Shown piece after piece: positions 1-12,540 of a stretch of 41,954 nucleotides of DNA. Each line of letters starts with the position of its first letter. The first letter of the stretch is position 1. The DNA comes from Chiloscyllium plagiosum (taxonomy: Eukaryota), in contig NC_057750.1 in NCBI RefSeq assembly GCF_004010195.1, positions 2,162,664-2,204,617 of the forward strand, read 5' to 3'. A program made the translations under genes and the position numbers. Under the pieces are notes generated by a model. That model was given only the letters and a program-made list of their open reading frames with translations, did not search any database and had not been told where the DNA came from.

Positions 1-600
1 TCTCTCACACACACTCACTCAATCATTCACACATACACTCTCATGTTCTCTCTCACACATAATCTCACACTCTCCCTCACACACACTCACTCTCTCACAC
101 ATGCACTCTCTCACTCTCCCTCACTCATTCCCTCACTCACTCACTCATTCCCTCACTCCCTCACTCCTTCCCTCACTCCCTCACGCATTGCCTCACACCC
201 TCACTCACTCACTGACTCCCTCACTCCCTCACTCATTCACACTGACTCATTCACTCACTCATTCTCACGTATTCACTCTCACACTCAATCACTCATCTGT
301 CTGTCACTCACTCATTCATCTCTCACTCGCACTCCCTTACTCACTCATCTCTCACTCACTCTCACTGAGTCATTCACTCAGTCATTCACACTCACTCGGA
401 CACACGGACACACACTCACTCACTCGGACACACTCACTCAGATAAGTTCACTCGGATAAACTCACACTCACTCATTCACACACTCACATTGACTCACATT
501 CATGGTCACTCACATTTACACACTCACTCACTCACTCTCACTCACATTCACTCACTCACACTCTCACTCACTCACTTACTCGTGGTCACACTCACTGACA
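1..600. repeat. Low-complexity (TCAC/CA/CT)n degenerate microsatellite
   Basis: Almost entirely tcac/ctca/caca units; the His/Ser/Leu/Thr ORFs here are repeat artefacts. Confidence 0.95.
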
Positions 601-741
601 TGCACAATGTTTGATCCCGTTCCTATCTATATCCACTCAATCTGACGCTCACATCCCCAAACATCGATATGGTGCCCATTTTCAACATGTTTTAAAGAAG
701 AAATGGGTTTATTTCAACAATAGTTTTGCAAGAATCTTAAT

Positions 742-936
742 TTCCCAGCACTGACCCGGGACAGAGAGCGAGAGAGAGAGAGGGAGAGAGAGAATGGGAA
801 CGCTCCCAGCACTGACCCGGGACAGAGAGAGAGAGAGAAAGCGAGAGAGAGAGAGAGAGAGAGAGAGGATGGGAGAGCTCCCAGCATTGACCCAAGGCAG
901 AGGGAGTGAAAGAGAGAGAGAGAGAGAGAGTGGGAG
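742..936. repeat. Short array of cccagcactgacccgggaca + (GA)n units
   Basis: Three related units (near 743, 804, 879), each followed by a (GA)n tract. Confidence 0.8.
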
Positions 937-2130
937 CATGTTGGACTTTATTGTGTGGGAGTTTTTTATACTTGAGACTCCCTACATTGTCCTGGCTCTT
1001 GGTGAGACCCACACTGGAATACTGGGAGTGGTTTTGAGCTGCCTGTTGAAGGAGGGACCTAATTACATCAGGGGCCATACAGTATAGACTGCTCCCTGGG
1101 ATGGGAGTGTGGTCCTACAATGGGAGGCCGGGGAAACTGGGCTGTTATTGTCTGGGGTTGATGGCAATGTGAGGTGACCAGGTCAGCCATAATCACCTTT
1201 AATGGCGGAGCCGGACTGAGGGGCTGAGTGGCCTTCTCCTCTCCCTGGTTCTGATGATCCCATCGAAACATTGAAACTTCTGACAGAGTTTGAGGGTGTT
1301 GACATTGAGGGGGTTTATTGGGGAGTTGGGGAGATGGGTCTCTGGAACATGGGGGTCTCGGGGTAAAGGACCGATGGGTCCGGGCTGAGATGGAGAGAAA
1401 TGTGTTCACTCGGAATCTTCAGAATCTCCTGTCCCAGAGGGTGGGGGCTCCATACATGAATATATTTCAGGCTGGGACAGACAGATTTTTGGGGAATCGA
1501 GGAGGATGGGCAGTGGACTTGGTGGGGTGGGATGGGGCACGGGGAGTGAAGGCTACAATCAGCCACAGTCGTATAGAATGATGGAGCAGGCTTGATGGGC
1601 TGAAGGGCCTTCTCCTGTCTTTTATATTCCGTACTGATCCGTCAGTCTGACAGGGAATGGGGGGTGGGGGTGGGGAATGGGATACCCCTTGTTCTTGATT
1701 CACCTCCATCAGCATTGTGAGAGTGATCCAGTAATCTCCGAGAGAGAGAGAGAGAGACAGCGCGGGATCAGGGATCACATTGGAGGAACCAGTCTGAGGA
1801 CGAGACCCATCTGATGATTCACTCCCGGGCTCTGGCAAATTTCAGAAACAAAATCACAATCACAGCCGAAAACACAAATTAAATTAAAATTACAGACTGC
1901 AGCCATTCACCTCCCTCCCCCTCAGCAATCACACATGGAGAATGTTCACAGCCTGATGTAGGTGACCATTCAGCACCTTCACTGAGATACTGTACTGTGG
2001 GGGAGGGGGCCTTTAGCATTCAGGGAGGGGTACCTGGATCTACAGGGTGGGGGGTGGGATGGTGATGTGCCAGGGTGGATCTGTATTACAGACAGCATTC
2101 CATCACAGCCTGTTCCACCCTGCCCTCCCC

Positions 2131-2815
2131 TGTCTTTATTGGTCAGAGTATTGAGTACAGGAGTTGGGAGGTCATGTTGCGTCTGTACAGGACATTGGTT
2201 AAGCCACTGTTGGACAGGGTGGATCTGTATTACAGACAGCATTCCATCACAGCCTGTTCCACCTTGCCCTCCCCTGTCTTTATTGGTCAGAGTATTGAGT
2301 ACAGGAGTTGATAGGTCATGTTATGGCTGTACAGGACATTGGTTAAGCCACTGTTGGAATATTGCATGCAATTCTGGTCTCCTTAGGTTTATAAAATCAT
2401 GAGGGACATGGATAGGATAAATAGACAAAGTCGTTTCCCTGGGATGGGGGAGTCCAGAACTAGAGGGCATAGGTTTCGGGTGAGAGGGGAAAGATATAAA
2501 AGGGACCTAAGGGACAACTTTTTCACTCAGAGGGTGGTACGTGTATGGAATGAGCTGCCAGAGGATATAAAAGGGACCTAAGGGACAACTTTTTCACGCA
2601 GAGGGTGGTACGTGTATGGAATGAGCTGCCAGAGGAAGTGGTGGAGGGTGGTACAATTACAACATTTAAGAGGCATCTGGATGGGTATATGCTTAGGAAG
2701 GGTTTGGAGGGATATGGGCCGGGTGCTGGCAGGTGGGACTACATTGGGTTGGGATGGGCATATGGATGGGTTGGACCGAAGGGTGTGTTTCCGTGCTGTA
2801 CAGCTCTATGACTGA
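2131..2815 (+). mobile_element. CR1-type LINE 3' fragment with internal tandem duplications
   Basis: IEYRSWEVMLRLYRTLV and FFTQRVVRVWNELPE remnants typical of the CR1 ORF2 C-terminus; 3' tail ending ctctatgact. Confidence 0.85.
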
Positions 2816-3314
2816 GATGCCCCCTCTCTGGGATAGCAAAGGTGGCGAGGCCTGGAACACAGCTTGTCTCCTGTGGTCCTTTTATCAAAAGCCCATTAGC
2901 CCGTGGGATGCGATCACTGCTGGTGCTCAGTGTGTTTTTGATCAGCTGTCATTGGGAGCCAGGTCCAGGTGATGGGAGAGATCCATCAAACCCTGAAATT
3001 CTAAAGAACCTGGATGTTTGTATTTGCAGTTAGAAACTGTGAGCTTTGTTCAGTGTATCCTGTGTGCATAATAAACAGCGGAAACCTTTTTTGGGGGGAA
3101 GTAATGTTACTGAAAGATTCTAATCTCATGTTGAGTGTTTGTTTTCCATGGCTTTGTGTTCCTCCATCTGCTTAAACTCTTTAATGAGATCATTGAGCTT
3201 TCAGTATTCCAAACAATTAATGCTCTCCTTGCCCTTCTGTAGTCTGCCACACAATATTCAGTGACTTGGAGAGCAGTAAGGACTGCAGATACTGGAAACC
3301 AGAGACAATATAGT

Positions 3315-3640
3315 CATAGAGTCATAGAGATGTGCAGCACGGAAATAGACCCTTCGGCCCAACCCGTCCATGCCGACCAGAAATCCCAACCCAATCTAGT
3401 CCCACCTGCCAGCATCTGGCCCATATCCCTCCAATCCCTTCCTATTCATATACCCATCCAGATACCCTTTAATCGTTGCAATTGTACCAACCTCCATCAC
3501 TTCCTCTGGCAGCTCATTCCACACACACACCACCCTCTGTGTGAAAAGGTTGCCCCTTAGGTCTCTTTCATATCTTTCCTCTCTCACCCTAAACCTATGC
3601 CCTCTAATTCTGGACTCCCCCACCCCAGGGAAAAGAGTTT
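3315..3640 (-). mobile_element. CR1-type LINE 3' end
   Basis: Minus ORF RGHRFRVREERYERDLRGNLFTQRVVCVWNELPEE; (catagagt)n tail on +. Confidence 0.9.
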
Positions 3641-3899
3641 AGATGTGAAGGTGGAACAGCACCCCCCCGAAATATTGACTTTCCTGCTGTTTGGAAGCTT
3701 TCTGACCTGCTGTGTTTTTCCAGCTTGACATCTACTGACAGAATAATCAGGACCTGGGACTTTTGATCTTAAAAGTCTGCAGCAGAATTATCAGTCAGAG
3801 AGGGACATTGTTGGAACTTGCACTGAGGAATTTGGAGAGTGAGTGCCTGTGGTTTGCTCGGACAAAGCTGAACTTGCCCCAGGCTCCTCCGGGTGTGTC

Positions 3900-4850
3900 A
3901 TAGAATCTGTGGAAGCAGGCCATTCTGCCCATTGAGTCCACACCAACTCTACAAAGAGCATCCTGCCCAGACCCACCCCATCCGTGCATTTACCTTGGCT
4001 AACCCACCCAGCCTACACATTCCTGGAAACTTTAGCACAGTCAATCCTACCTTAACCTGCACACAGAGTCATAGAGTCATAGAGATGTACAGCAAGGAAA
4101 CAGACCCTTCGATCCAACCCGTCCATGCCGATCAGATATCCCAGCCCAATCTAGTCCCACCTGCCAGCACCCAGCCCATATCCCTCCAAACCCTTCCTAT
4201 TCATATACCCATCCAAATGCCTCTTAAATGTTGCAATTGTACCAGCCTCCACCACATTCTNNNNNNNNNNTGTGTGAAAAGTTGCTCCTTAGGTCTCTTT
4301 TATATCTTTCCCCTCTCACCCTAAACCTATGCCCTCTAGTTCTGGATTCCCCCCTCTCAGGGAAAAGACTTTGTCTATTTATCTTATCCGTGCCCCTCAT
4401 CATTGTATAAACCTCTATAAGGTCACCCCTCAGCCTCCGACGCTCCAGGGAAAACAGCCCCAGCCTGTTCAGCCTCTCCCTGTAGCTCAAATCCTCCAAN
4501 NNNNNNNNNNNNNNNNNNNNATTAAGTGTATAAGTCCTGCTAAGATTTGCTTTCCCAAAATGCAGCACCTCGCATTTATCTGAATTAAACTCCATCTGCC
4601 ACTTCTCAGCCCATTGGCCCATCTGGTCCAGATCCTGTTGTAATCTGAGGTAACCCTCTTCGCTGTCCACTTCACCTTCAATTTTGGTGTCATCTGCAAA
4701 CTTACTAACTGTACCTTTTGGACTGTGGGAGGAAACCCACACAGACACGGGGAGAATGTGCAGACTCCCCACAGACAGTCGCCCGAGGCTAGAATCGAAC
4801 CTGGGTCCCTGGTGCTGTGAGGCAGCAGTGCTAACCACTGAGCCACTGTG
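3900..4850 (-). mobile_element. HE1-like V-SINE split by an inserted CR1 fragment (about 4064-4715)
   Basis: SINE 3' half at 3900-4062 and tRNA-like 5' half at 4716-4850 rejoin as cctgcaca|ttttggactgtgggagg; the insert encodes SKFADDTKI...WAEKWQMEFN. Confidence 0.85.
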
Positions 4851-5294
4851 TCAGGGAAAACCTCAGAAGTTCCCTAATTTACAACACTAGCATGTCACCT
4901 TTGACCCCAGAGTCCCTTGCGCAGTGAATGCTGGGCTGAGGTACAAATGGGGCGGTTGGTTCGTGAAGGTCCCAGTTTATGCTGAGAGTAGGTGGGATCT
5001 GCAGGGTGTCCCTATAGGATTTGGGATGGACCATAGAACCAGCAGCCTCTGTCAGCTGGTGTCTCTGCTTACAGGCAAACGTACAAAATAGCAGTAGAAG
5101 TAGGCCATTCAGCCCCTCAAATCTACTTCACCATGCAATCCCTTCAAGGCAGAAGTGTTTATGTTTCAACCTCCTTACCTCCCTTTACTCCCTTTCACTT
5201 CCCATCTATCCACCTCGGTCCTAATGACTCCTTCTGAGGCTGACAGTTCGAAAGACTCTCAACCTTCTGAAAGAAAAATGTTTCTGCTCATCTG

Positions 5295-6250
5295 TCATCG
5301 AGCTGTACAGCACAGAAACAGACCCTTTGGTCCAACCCGTCCATGCCAAAAAAGATATCCTAACTTAATCCAGTCGCATTTGCCAGCACTTGGCCCATAT
5401 CCCTCCAAACCCTTCCTATTCATGTCCCCATCCAGATGCCTTTTAAATGTTGTAATTGCATCAGCCTCCACCAGCTCATTCCACACACTCTATGTGAAAA
5501 AGTTGCCCCTCAGGTCCCTTTTAACTATTTTCCCCTCTTACCCCAAACCTATGCCCTTTAGTTCTGGACTTCCCTATCCTGGGGAAAAGACATTGGCTAT
5601 TCACCCTATCCAAGGGTGACCCCTCCTTTTTAATCAGTGCCCCCCAGTTCCAGACTGACCCACTAGAGGGACAATCCTTTCCCCAGCCACCATGTCCCAG
5701 ACCATTCAGGATCTGATACACTACAATCAGATCACCCCCTCACTCTGTAACCCCCAGTGGGGACAGGCCCAGTCTGTCCAACCTTTCCCCATCAAATAAC
5801 CACTCCTTCCAGAGATCAATCCAGTAAAAGCCCCTCTGAACCACCTCCAGTGCATTTACATAGTTCCTTCAATAAGGAGACCAAAACTGCTCACACTGTT
5901 CAAGATGTGGCCTCACCAATGCCCTGGCTAACTGAAGCAGAGTTTTGGGAGGCAAGAGTTAGGGGTCATCAATATCTGACCATCACAAATAAATCCAATG
6001 GGGAATTCAAGAGAAATCTCTTTCCCCAACAAATGGGAAGAATGTGGGACTTGCTTCCACAGGGAGAGGTCAAAGTGAATAGTATCGATACATTTAAGTG
6101 GAAGCTGGATAAACCCATGAAAGGGGAGAGCATCAGCATGATACTACGAGATGAATAGGTAAAGGGAGGTGGCTAATGTAGAGCATAAAAACCAGCATGG
6201 AGTGGATAGGCTGACTGGCCTTTTTCCAGGCTATAAATTCTGTAGGATGC
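5295..6250. mobile_element. Cluster of degenerate CR1-type 3' fragments on both strands
   Basis: WNEL...FKRHLDGDMNRKGLEGYG on minus; RGHQ...NLFPQQMGRMWDLLPQ...FKWKLD on plus. Confidence 0.7.
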
Positions 6251-6469
6251 CCTGTAATGTTGTCCATCTACTTGATAAATTACCTGTCTGTCTAACCTCA
6301 CCTTGGCTGGCAGCCTGGTTGGAGTCTGGAAGGATATATTCAGACACTCCACCTGCCAACGAGCCAGCGGGTCTCCGCTGCTGTGGATTTACCAAGGACC
6401 AGCCTCCTGTGCTGGGGAGGATCTGGAACATGACTCTGTCAGTTTGAATACTCTCCTGACTGACATCTC

Positions 6470-6810
6470 ACTTAGTTCAAAATCGCACAACACCAGGTTA
6501 TAGTCCAACAGGTTTATTTGGAAGCACTAGCTTTCTGAGCGCTGCTCCATCGTCAGGTGGTTGTGGAGTATAAGATAGTAAGACACAGAATTTATAACAA
6601 AAGTTTACAGTGGGATGTAACTGAAATTATATATTGAAAAAGACCTGGATTGTTTGTTAAGTTTCTCATCTTTTAGAATGACCACATTGGTTTCAGTTTC
6701 TTTCATATGTAAATTGCAAATTTTTAAAAAAAGTTTCATTCTCAAGTGAACTTTAACAATTGGTGTCATGTTGGCCCAGATAACATATTGAAGGTGTGAG
6801 CTTCCCTGTG
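6470..6810 (-). mobile_element. Penelope-type element terminal fragment with hammerhead-like motif
   Basis: Minus strand reads cac-CTGACGA-T-GGAGC-agc-GCTCA-GAAA-GCTA-gtg, then aataaa and gttggactataacctggtg; that tail recurs at about 14160. Confidence 0.55.
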
Positions 6811-6817
6811 TGAGACT

Positions 6818-7800
6818 TAGAGTCATAGAGATGTACAGCACGGAAACAGACCCTTCGGTCCAACCCGTCCATGCCAACCAGATATCCCAACCCAATCTAG
6901 TCCCATTTGCCAACATCCGGCCCATATCCCTCCAAACCCTTCCTATTCATATACCCATCCAAATACCTCTTAAATGTTGCAATTGTACCAGCCTCCACCA
7001 CATCCTCTGGCAGCTCATTCCAAACACGTACCACCCTCTGCGTGAAAAAGTTGCCTTTTAGGTCTCTTTTATATCTTTCCCCCCTCACCCTAAACCTATG
7101 CCCTCTAGTACTGGACTCCCCACCCCAGGGAAAAGACTTTGTCTATTTATCCTATCCATCCCCCTCATAATTTTATAAACCTCTATAAGGTCACNNNNNN
7201 NNNNNNNNNNNNNNNNNNNNNNNNNNNNNNNNNNNNNNNNNNNNNNNNNNNNNNNNNNNNNNNNNNNNNNNNNNNNNNNNNNNNNNNNNNNNNNNNNNNN
7301 NNNNNNNNNNNNNNNNNNNNNNNNNNNNNNNNNNNNNNNNNNNNNNNNNNNNNNNNNNNNNNNNNNNNNNNNNNNNNNNNNNNNNNNNNNNNNNNNNNNN
7401 NNNNNNNNNNNNNNNNNNNNNNNNNNNNNNNNNNNNNNNNNNNNNNNNNNNNNNNNNNNNNNNNNNNNNNNNNNNNNNNNNNNNNNNNNNNNNNNNNNNN
7501 NNNNNNNNNNNNNNNNNNNNNNNNNNNNNNNNNNNNNNNNNNNNNNNNNNNNNNNNNNNNNNNNNNNNNNNNNNNNNNNNNNNNNNNNNNNNNNNNNNNN
7601 NNNNNNNNNNNNNNNNNNNNNNNNNNNNNNNNNNNNNNNNNNNNNNNNNNNNNNNNNNNNNNNNNNNNNNNNNNNNNNNNNNNNNNNNNNNNNNTTTTAT
7701 AAACCTCTCCAAGGTCATCCCTCGGTCTCTTAAGTTCCAGTGAAAAAAATCCCAGCTTATCCAGCCTGTCCCCGGGAACATCCTGGTAAATCTCTTATCA
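6818..7800 (-). mobile_element. CR1-type LINE 3' fragment running into an N gap
   Basis: Minus ORF RGERYKRDLKGNFFTQRVVRVWNELPED; near-identical to the copies at 3315 and 4064. Confidence 0.85.
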
Positions 7801-8194
7801 ATCATGCCTCTTTATTCCTGATCTTTGTCTCGTGTTTGCCACACAGTTCTCTATCCATCTCTGTAAATAGGCCCAATCTCAAATGGGATACAGATACAGT
7901 TCTTTACGCTCAAAGAGCCCAGAGGAACTGGGAACAGGATACTGAGCTTGATGATCAGACACGATCATACTGCACAGTGGAGTGAGCTTTGAGGGGCCAC
8001 TAACCTGCTGGTATTAGCAATGTTCGAGACAAACAAGATGTGAATGTGGATTTCTGAGCGGATAAGCTGGCTCGGAATGACGTTAGGAGGATGTAACTCT
8101 GCCGGTGTTCTGGTGGGGTGATGTTGGGTCGGGGTGGGGCTGGGCTGAATGTGTCAGACTCACACTAATCCAAATGAATGTGTCATTTCTTCAG

Positions 8195-8734
8195 GAGCAG
8201 CTCCGGGTCCATGACTTCTCAAAGTTCCCTTCCCTCAAGCCCAAGATGATGGATGAGCTGGATCATATGCTCACCTACGATGTCGCTAAGCTGATGCCTT
8301 TGGTGAGACAGGAGGAGTTGGAGATGCCAGAACAGTTGGTCCATGGTGGTGCGTTTGACGGGACCTCCAATGGGCCATTTGTTGAAGGCATTGCAGATGG
8401 AACCTGTGAGGGAGCGGACGACGATGATGAATGGGTTGTCACGAAGGATAAGCCAAAGTACGACGAAATTTTCTACAATCTGTCACCGATGGATGGCAAG
8501 ATCAATGGGATGAAGGCCAAGAATTGGATGATCACGACCAAGCTGCCAAACTCCGTCCTCGGGAGGATCTGGAAACTTTCCGATGTCGATCAGGATGGAA
8601 TGCTGGATGATGAAGAATTTGCCTTGGCTAATCATCTCATTGAGGTTAAGCTGGATGGCCATGGGCTTCCCACCGAGTTACCTGGTTACCTTGTCCCTCC
8701 ATCAAAGAGGCGGCAGGTGGGATCCGCTGAGTAA
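8195..8734 (+). CDS. EHD2: EH domain-containing protein 2, last coding exon (helical linker plus C-terminal EH domain)
   Basis: Acceptor ttcttcag|GAG; translation ...GGAFDG...WVVTKDKPKYDEIFYNL...KLPNSVLGRIWKLSDVDQDGMLDDEEFALANHLIEVKLDGHGLP..., ending KRRQVGSAE* like the EHD2 C-terminus; NOP53 lies downstream as in human. Confidence 0.93.
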   Translation, partial: EQLRVHDFSKFPSLKPKMMDELDHMLTYDVAKLMPLVRQEELEMPEQLVHGGAFDGTSNGPFVEGIADGTCEGADDDDEWVVTKDKPKYDEIFYNLSPMDGKINGMKAKNWMITTKLPNSVLGRIWKLSDVDQDGMLDDEEFALANHLIEVKLDGHGLPTELPGYLVPPSKRRQVGSAE

Positions 8735-10009
8735 CAGGCAAGGAGGAAGGGCAATTCTTCCTCGGGGCCAACGGATTCAGTTAGGAGTTTGACAATTCCA
8801 TTGATTGCAGCAGACTATGTTCTGGAGACAGGAGGGACTGTTGGGCTGAATGGAAATGGAGGGTGGGGAGGGTTGGATTGTGTAAAGGAGATTCCTTAGC
8901 TACTGTTAAACCAAACCAATAAGGAAAGTTATTTCATTTGGCTGATCAGTGAATTTGTCCTCCTTTGAATTATTCAAGAGTAGTGCTAATCCCAACTGTC
9001 TCCAGGGTCATAGACTCAAACATTGTCTTTTGTAAAGTTGGACTCTGTTGCTTAAAAGTCTTTACCAACTGGGTTATAATATATCATGGTTCGAACCCAG
9101 TATTTCAGGGACTGAAATTGTCCTTTCTTCACGATATAACTGTCACTCGCACATTGGTTCTGGCTGCTTCTCATAAAAGTTATTGCATCTAGCTTCTGTA
9201 GTATTTTCACAAAATGTCTGTGACACCAAAGAAATCGGTCTTGCTGGTCCAATTGCCTCAGAAATCTCAGTAATTATTCAGAAAGCACTTTAACGCCTAT
9301 TTTACTGTGCACACCAGGTCTGTGATGCCTCACAGCTATCCTCAGCAAAGAACAATAGCAGACTAAATGTATTCACCCATCACCATATCGAGTAGGCTCC
9401 AGGTAATTTAGCTCCCCAACCCAATCCAAACAAGAATCACTCTCGCTCATTGTCCCTGTGGCTAGAGCGTCATTCCAGGACCGTGATTTGCTCTGAAGAT
9501 CAAAATTAGTTATTTAACAACTTGTCCATTCCTCTCACTTGAATACTTGAGTGCGCTCACCCGTGTCCAAAGCTCAGGAACATGACCTCTCCGGCGTGGA
9601 ATAATCACAGCCCCCTATCACTAAGAAACACACATCCGCCAACTTGGAATGTCTCCCTCAAATGGAAGATGCAGGCCATGTTGATGTTTATAAAGTATTA
9701 TGGAAATATTATCGTTTAAAACTGCTTATACACATTTGTATCGATATTCTGGGTTAACATTGGCTCTGGTGCTCCGGATACAGGGTTCACCTTACATGTC
9801 AGTGTGTAGTAACTCCTGTTGCACTTCTAACCTCTTATCCCTGAACTACCAAAGAACAAATTCACTAAACCTGCTGCTCACACAGAAGTGGCATTTGCAG
9901 CTTATGCTCTAATGAACTAACAACCCAGCTCTATCTGCTCACCGTGTATTTCACTTGTATTGTTTTTGCTGTTGGCTGACATTTCCTCACCTCCATTAAT
10001 TTTACAATT

Positions 10010-10015
10010 AATAAA
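10010..10015 (+). terminator. Candidate proximal polyadenylation signal of EHD2
   Basis: AATAAA about 1.3 kb after the stop codon. Confidence 0.35.
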
Positions 10016-10115
10016 CAAAGCTAATTCAAAGAAAACAGATCAAGTCAGAGAGCACTACAGGTCAACCCAGGCCTGTAACAGAGCAGAGAATTGAGAATTA
10101 AACATTCTGTCAGGC

Positions 10116-10397
10116 CCCATTAAACACATGAGGGAGGAAGCGAGCTTCTTCAAGGAAGGCATCTTTGCAAGAGGATTCGCAGTAGGTTAAAATCTTCTTG
10201 GAGAAAGTGAGGACTGCAGATGCTGGAGATCAGAGCTGAAAAATGTGTTGCTGGAAAAGCACAGCAGGTCAGGCTGCATCCAAGGAGCAGGAGAATCAAT
10301 GTTTCGGGCCTGACGAAGGGCTCATGCTTTTCCAGCAACACATTTTCAGCTCTGATCTCCAACATCTGCAGTCCTCACACTCTCCCATTAAACACAT
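10116..10397. mobile_element. Foldback Penelope-type insertion with 14-bp target-site duplication
   Basis: cccattaaacacat at 10116-10129 and 10384-10397; inverted arms at about 10200-10260 and 10325-10385. Confidence 0.75.
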
Positions 10398-10519
10398 CCC
10401 TTCTTTGACTGATTCAATCAGGGATCCTGCTTCTCAAATCCCTTTTCAGACCCTCACACTCCAGAAATGGATTTATTTGGCCAAACCTTCAAAACTGTTC
10501 ACCTGATGGCATCAAAGTA

Positions 10520-10775
10520 TGATCAGATATCCGAACCTAATCTAGTCCCATTTGGCCCATATCCCTCTAAACCCTTCCTATTCATATACCCATCCAGATG
10601 CCTATTAAATGTTGTCATTGTACCAACCTCCACCACTTCCTCTGGCAGCTCATTCCACACACCCACTACCCTCTCTGTGAACAAGTTGTCCCTCAGCTCC
10701 CTTTTAAATCTTCCCCCCCTCACCCTGACATCTATGCCCTCTAGTTCTGGACTCGCCCACCCTGGGGAAAAGACG
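10520..10775 (-). mobile_element. CR1-type 3' fragment in the putative EHD2 3'UTR
   Basis: Minus ORF LFTERVVGVWNELPEEVVEVG...RHLDGYMNRKGLEGYG. Confidence 0.85.
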
Positions 10776-11185
10776 TATAATGACCACATTGTCTGAAGAC
10801 AATTAAGGTGAAGACCGAGATACTCACAGGTTTTGGTTTTGGAGTTGCCTGGAGGATGTAGATGCAAAGCCCTTAATTCTGTTTGCAAGGTTGTGTATAC
10901 AAGGGGCCAACCTGTTTGTATGTGTGTGTGTGCGTGTGTGCGTGTGTCTGGGGGGGGGTGTTCTGGGTTCCTCTGTGACCGTGCAGTGTAGAGGAGACAT
11001 TGGTGAAAAGCTTTTAAAGGTATATTATTAATTGTTTGCACTGAGAAGAGAAAAAATAATTGTTTTTCTGACTCATTGCAGGCTCATACAGGATGGAATA
11101 TTGTCTTGGGAATGTTAATCCTTTCAAGTTCTCTAAAGGAATACTGACTCTTTGGAATGTTGTTCTCTGACTTGTTTTTTATCAC

Positions 11186-11191
11186 AATAAA
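11186..11191 (+). terminator. Candidate distal polyadenylation signal of EHD2
   Basis: AATAAA followed by a T/GT-rich tract (tttttgtttt at about 11221), just before dense repeats resume. Confidence 0.55.
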
Positions 11192-11290
11192 CAGCGTTAA
11201 AAGAGTATTTTTAAAAACTCTTTTTGTTTTGAGATTAATCTTCAATTACTGGAGGCTGAGGTATTCTGAATGTGTTCATCAGCTTACGTA

Positions 11291-12540
11291 GAGTCAGAGT
11301 CACACAGCTTGGAAACAGACCCTTCGGCCCAACCAGTCCATGCTGACCACATTCCTAAACTAAACTCGTTCCCACCTACCTGCTCCTGGCCCATATCCCT
11401 CCAAACCTTTCCTATTCATGTACTTATCCAAATGTCTTTTTAACATTGTAACTGTACCCACATCCTTTGGCAGTTCATTCCACACACATAGAACATTCCA
11501 GCGCAGTACAGGCCATTCGGCCCTCGATGTTGCGCCGACCTGTGGAACCAATCTGAAGCCCATCTAACCTACACTATTCCATTCTTGTCCATATCCAATG
11601 ACCATTTAAATGCTCTTAAAGTTGGCGAGTCTACTACTGTTGCAGGCAGGATGTTCCACACCCCTACTACTCTCTGAGTAAAGAAACTACCTCTGACATC
11701 TGTCCTATATCTATCACTCCTCAGTTTAAAGCTATGCCCCCTCGTGCTAGCCATCTCCATCCGAGGAAAAAGACTCTCACTGTCCACCCTATCTAACCCT
11801 CTGATTATCTTGTATGTCTTAATTAAGTCACCTCTCAACCTTCTTCTAACAGTCTCAAGTCTTTCAGCCTTTCCTCATAAGACCTTCCCTCCATACGAGC
11901 TAACATCCTAATAAATCTCCTCTGAACTCTTTCCAAAGCTTCCGCATTTTTCCTAGAATGCGGTGGCCAGAACTGCACACAATACTCCAACTGCAGCCGC
12001 ACCAGAGTTTTGTACACCTGCATCATGACCTTGTGGCTCTGGAACTCTATCCCTGTGCTAATAAAAGCTAACACACCATATGACTTCTAAACAACCCTAT
12101 CAACCTGGGGGGCAACTTTCAGGGATCTATGTACATGGACACCAAGATCTCTCTGCTCGTCTACACTACCAAGAATCTTACCATTAGCCTAGTACTCTGG
12201 AATCCTCTTACTCCTTCCAAAGTGAATCACCTCACACTTTTCCACATTAAATTCCATTTGCCATCTCTCAGCCCAACTCTGCAGCTTATCTATGCCCCAT
12301 GAGGATCACTGTGTAAAAAAGGTTGCCCTTGTCCTTTTCAAAACTTTCAACTCCCCAAGTTTAGGGAAAAGGCTCTCGTCATTCACTTTATCGATACCCT
12401 TCATGATTTTAAAAACCTCCATAGGTCACCCTTCAACCTCCTACACTCCAGTGAACAAAGTCTGAGCCTATCCAACCTCTCCTTATAACTCAAACCCTCC
12501 ATTCCTGGCAACATCTTGGTAAATCTTTTCTGAACCCTCC
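11291..12540 (-). mobile_element. Nested CR1 elements: inner copy (about 11487-12300) inside an outer copy
   Basis: The outer element breaks at cacacac|atagaac and resumes at ctgtgtaaaaaaggttgccc; the inner one encodes YKTLVRLQLEYCVQFW and RGDLIKTYKIIRGLDRVD. Confidence 0.85.

Noticed and set aside
7139..7805. ORFs spanning N runs here and at 37572-38273
   Set aside because: Assembly gaps translated as X.
8105..8194. N-terminal part of ORF 8105-8734
   Set aside because: Intronic read-through upstream of the acceptor; EHD similarity starts at 8195.
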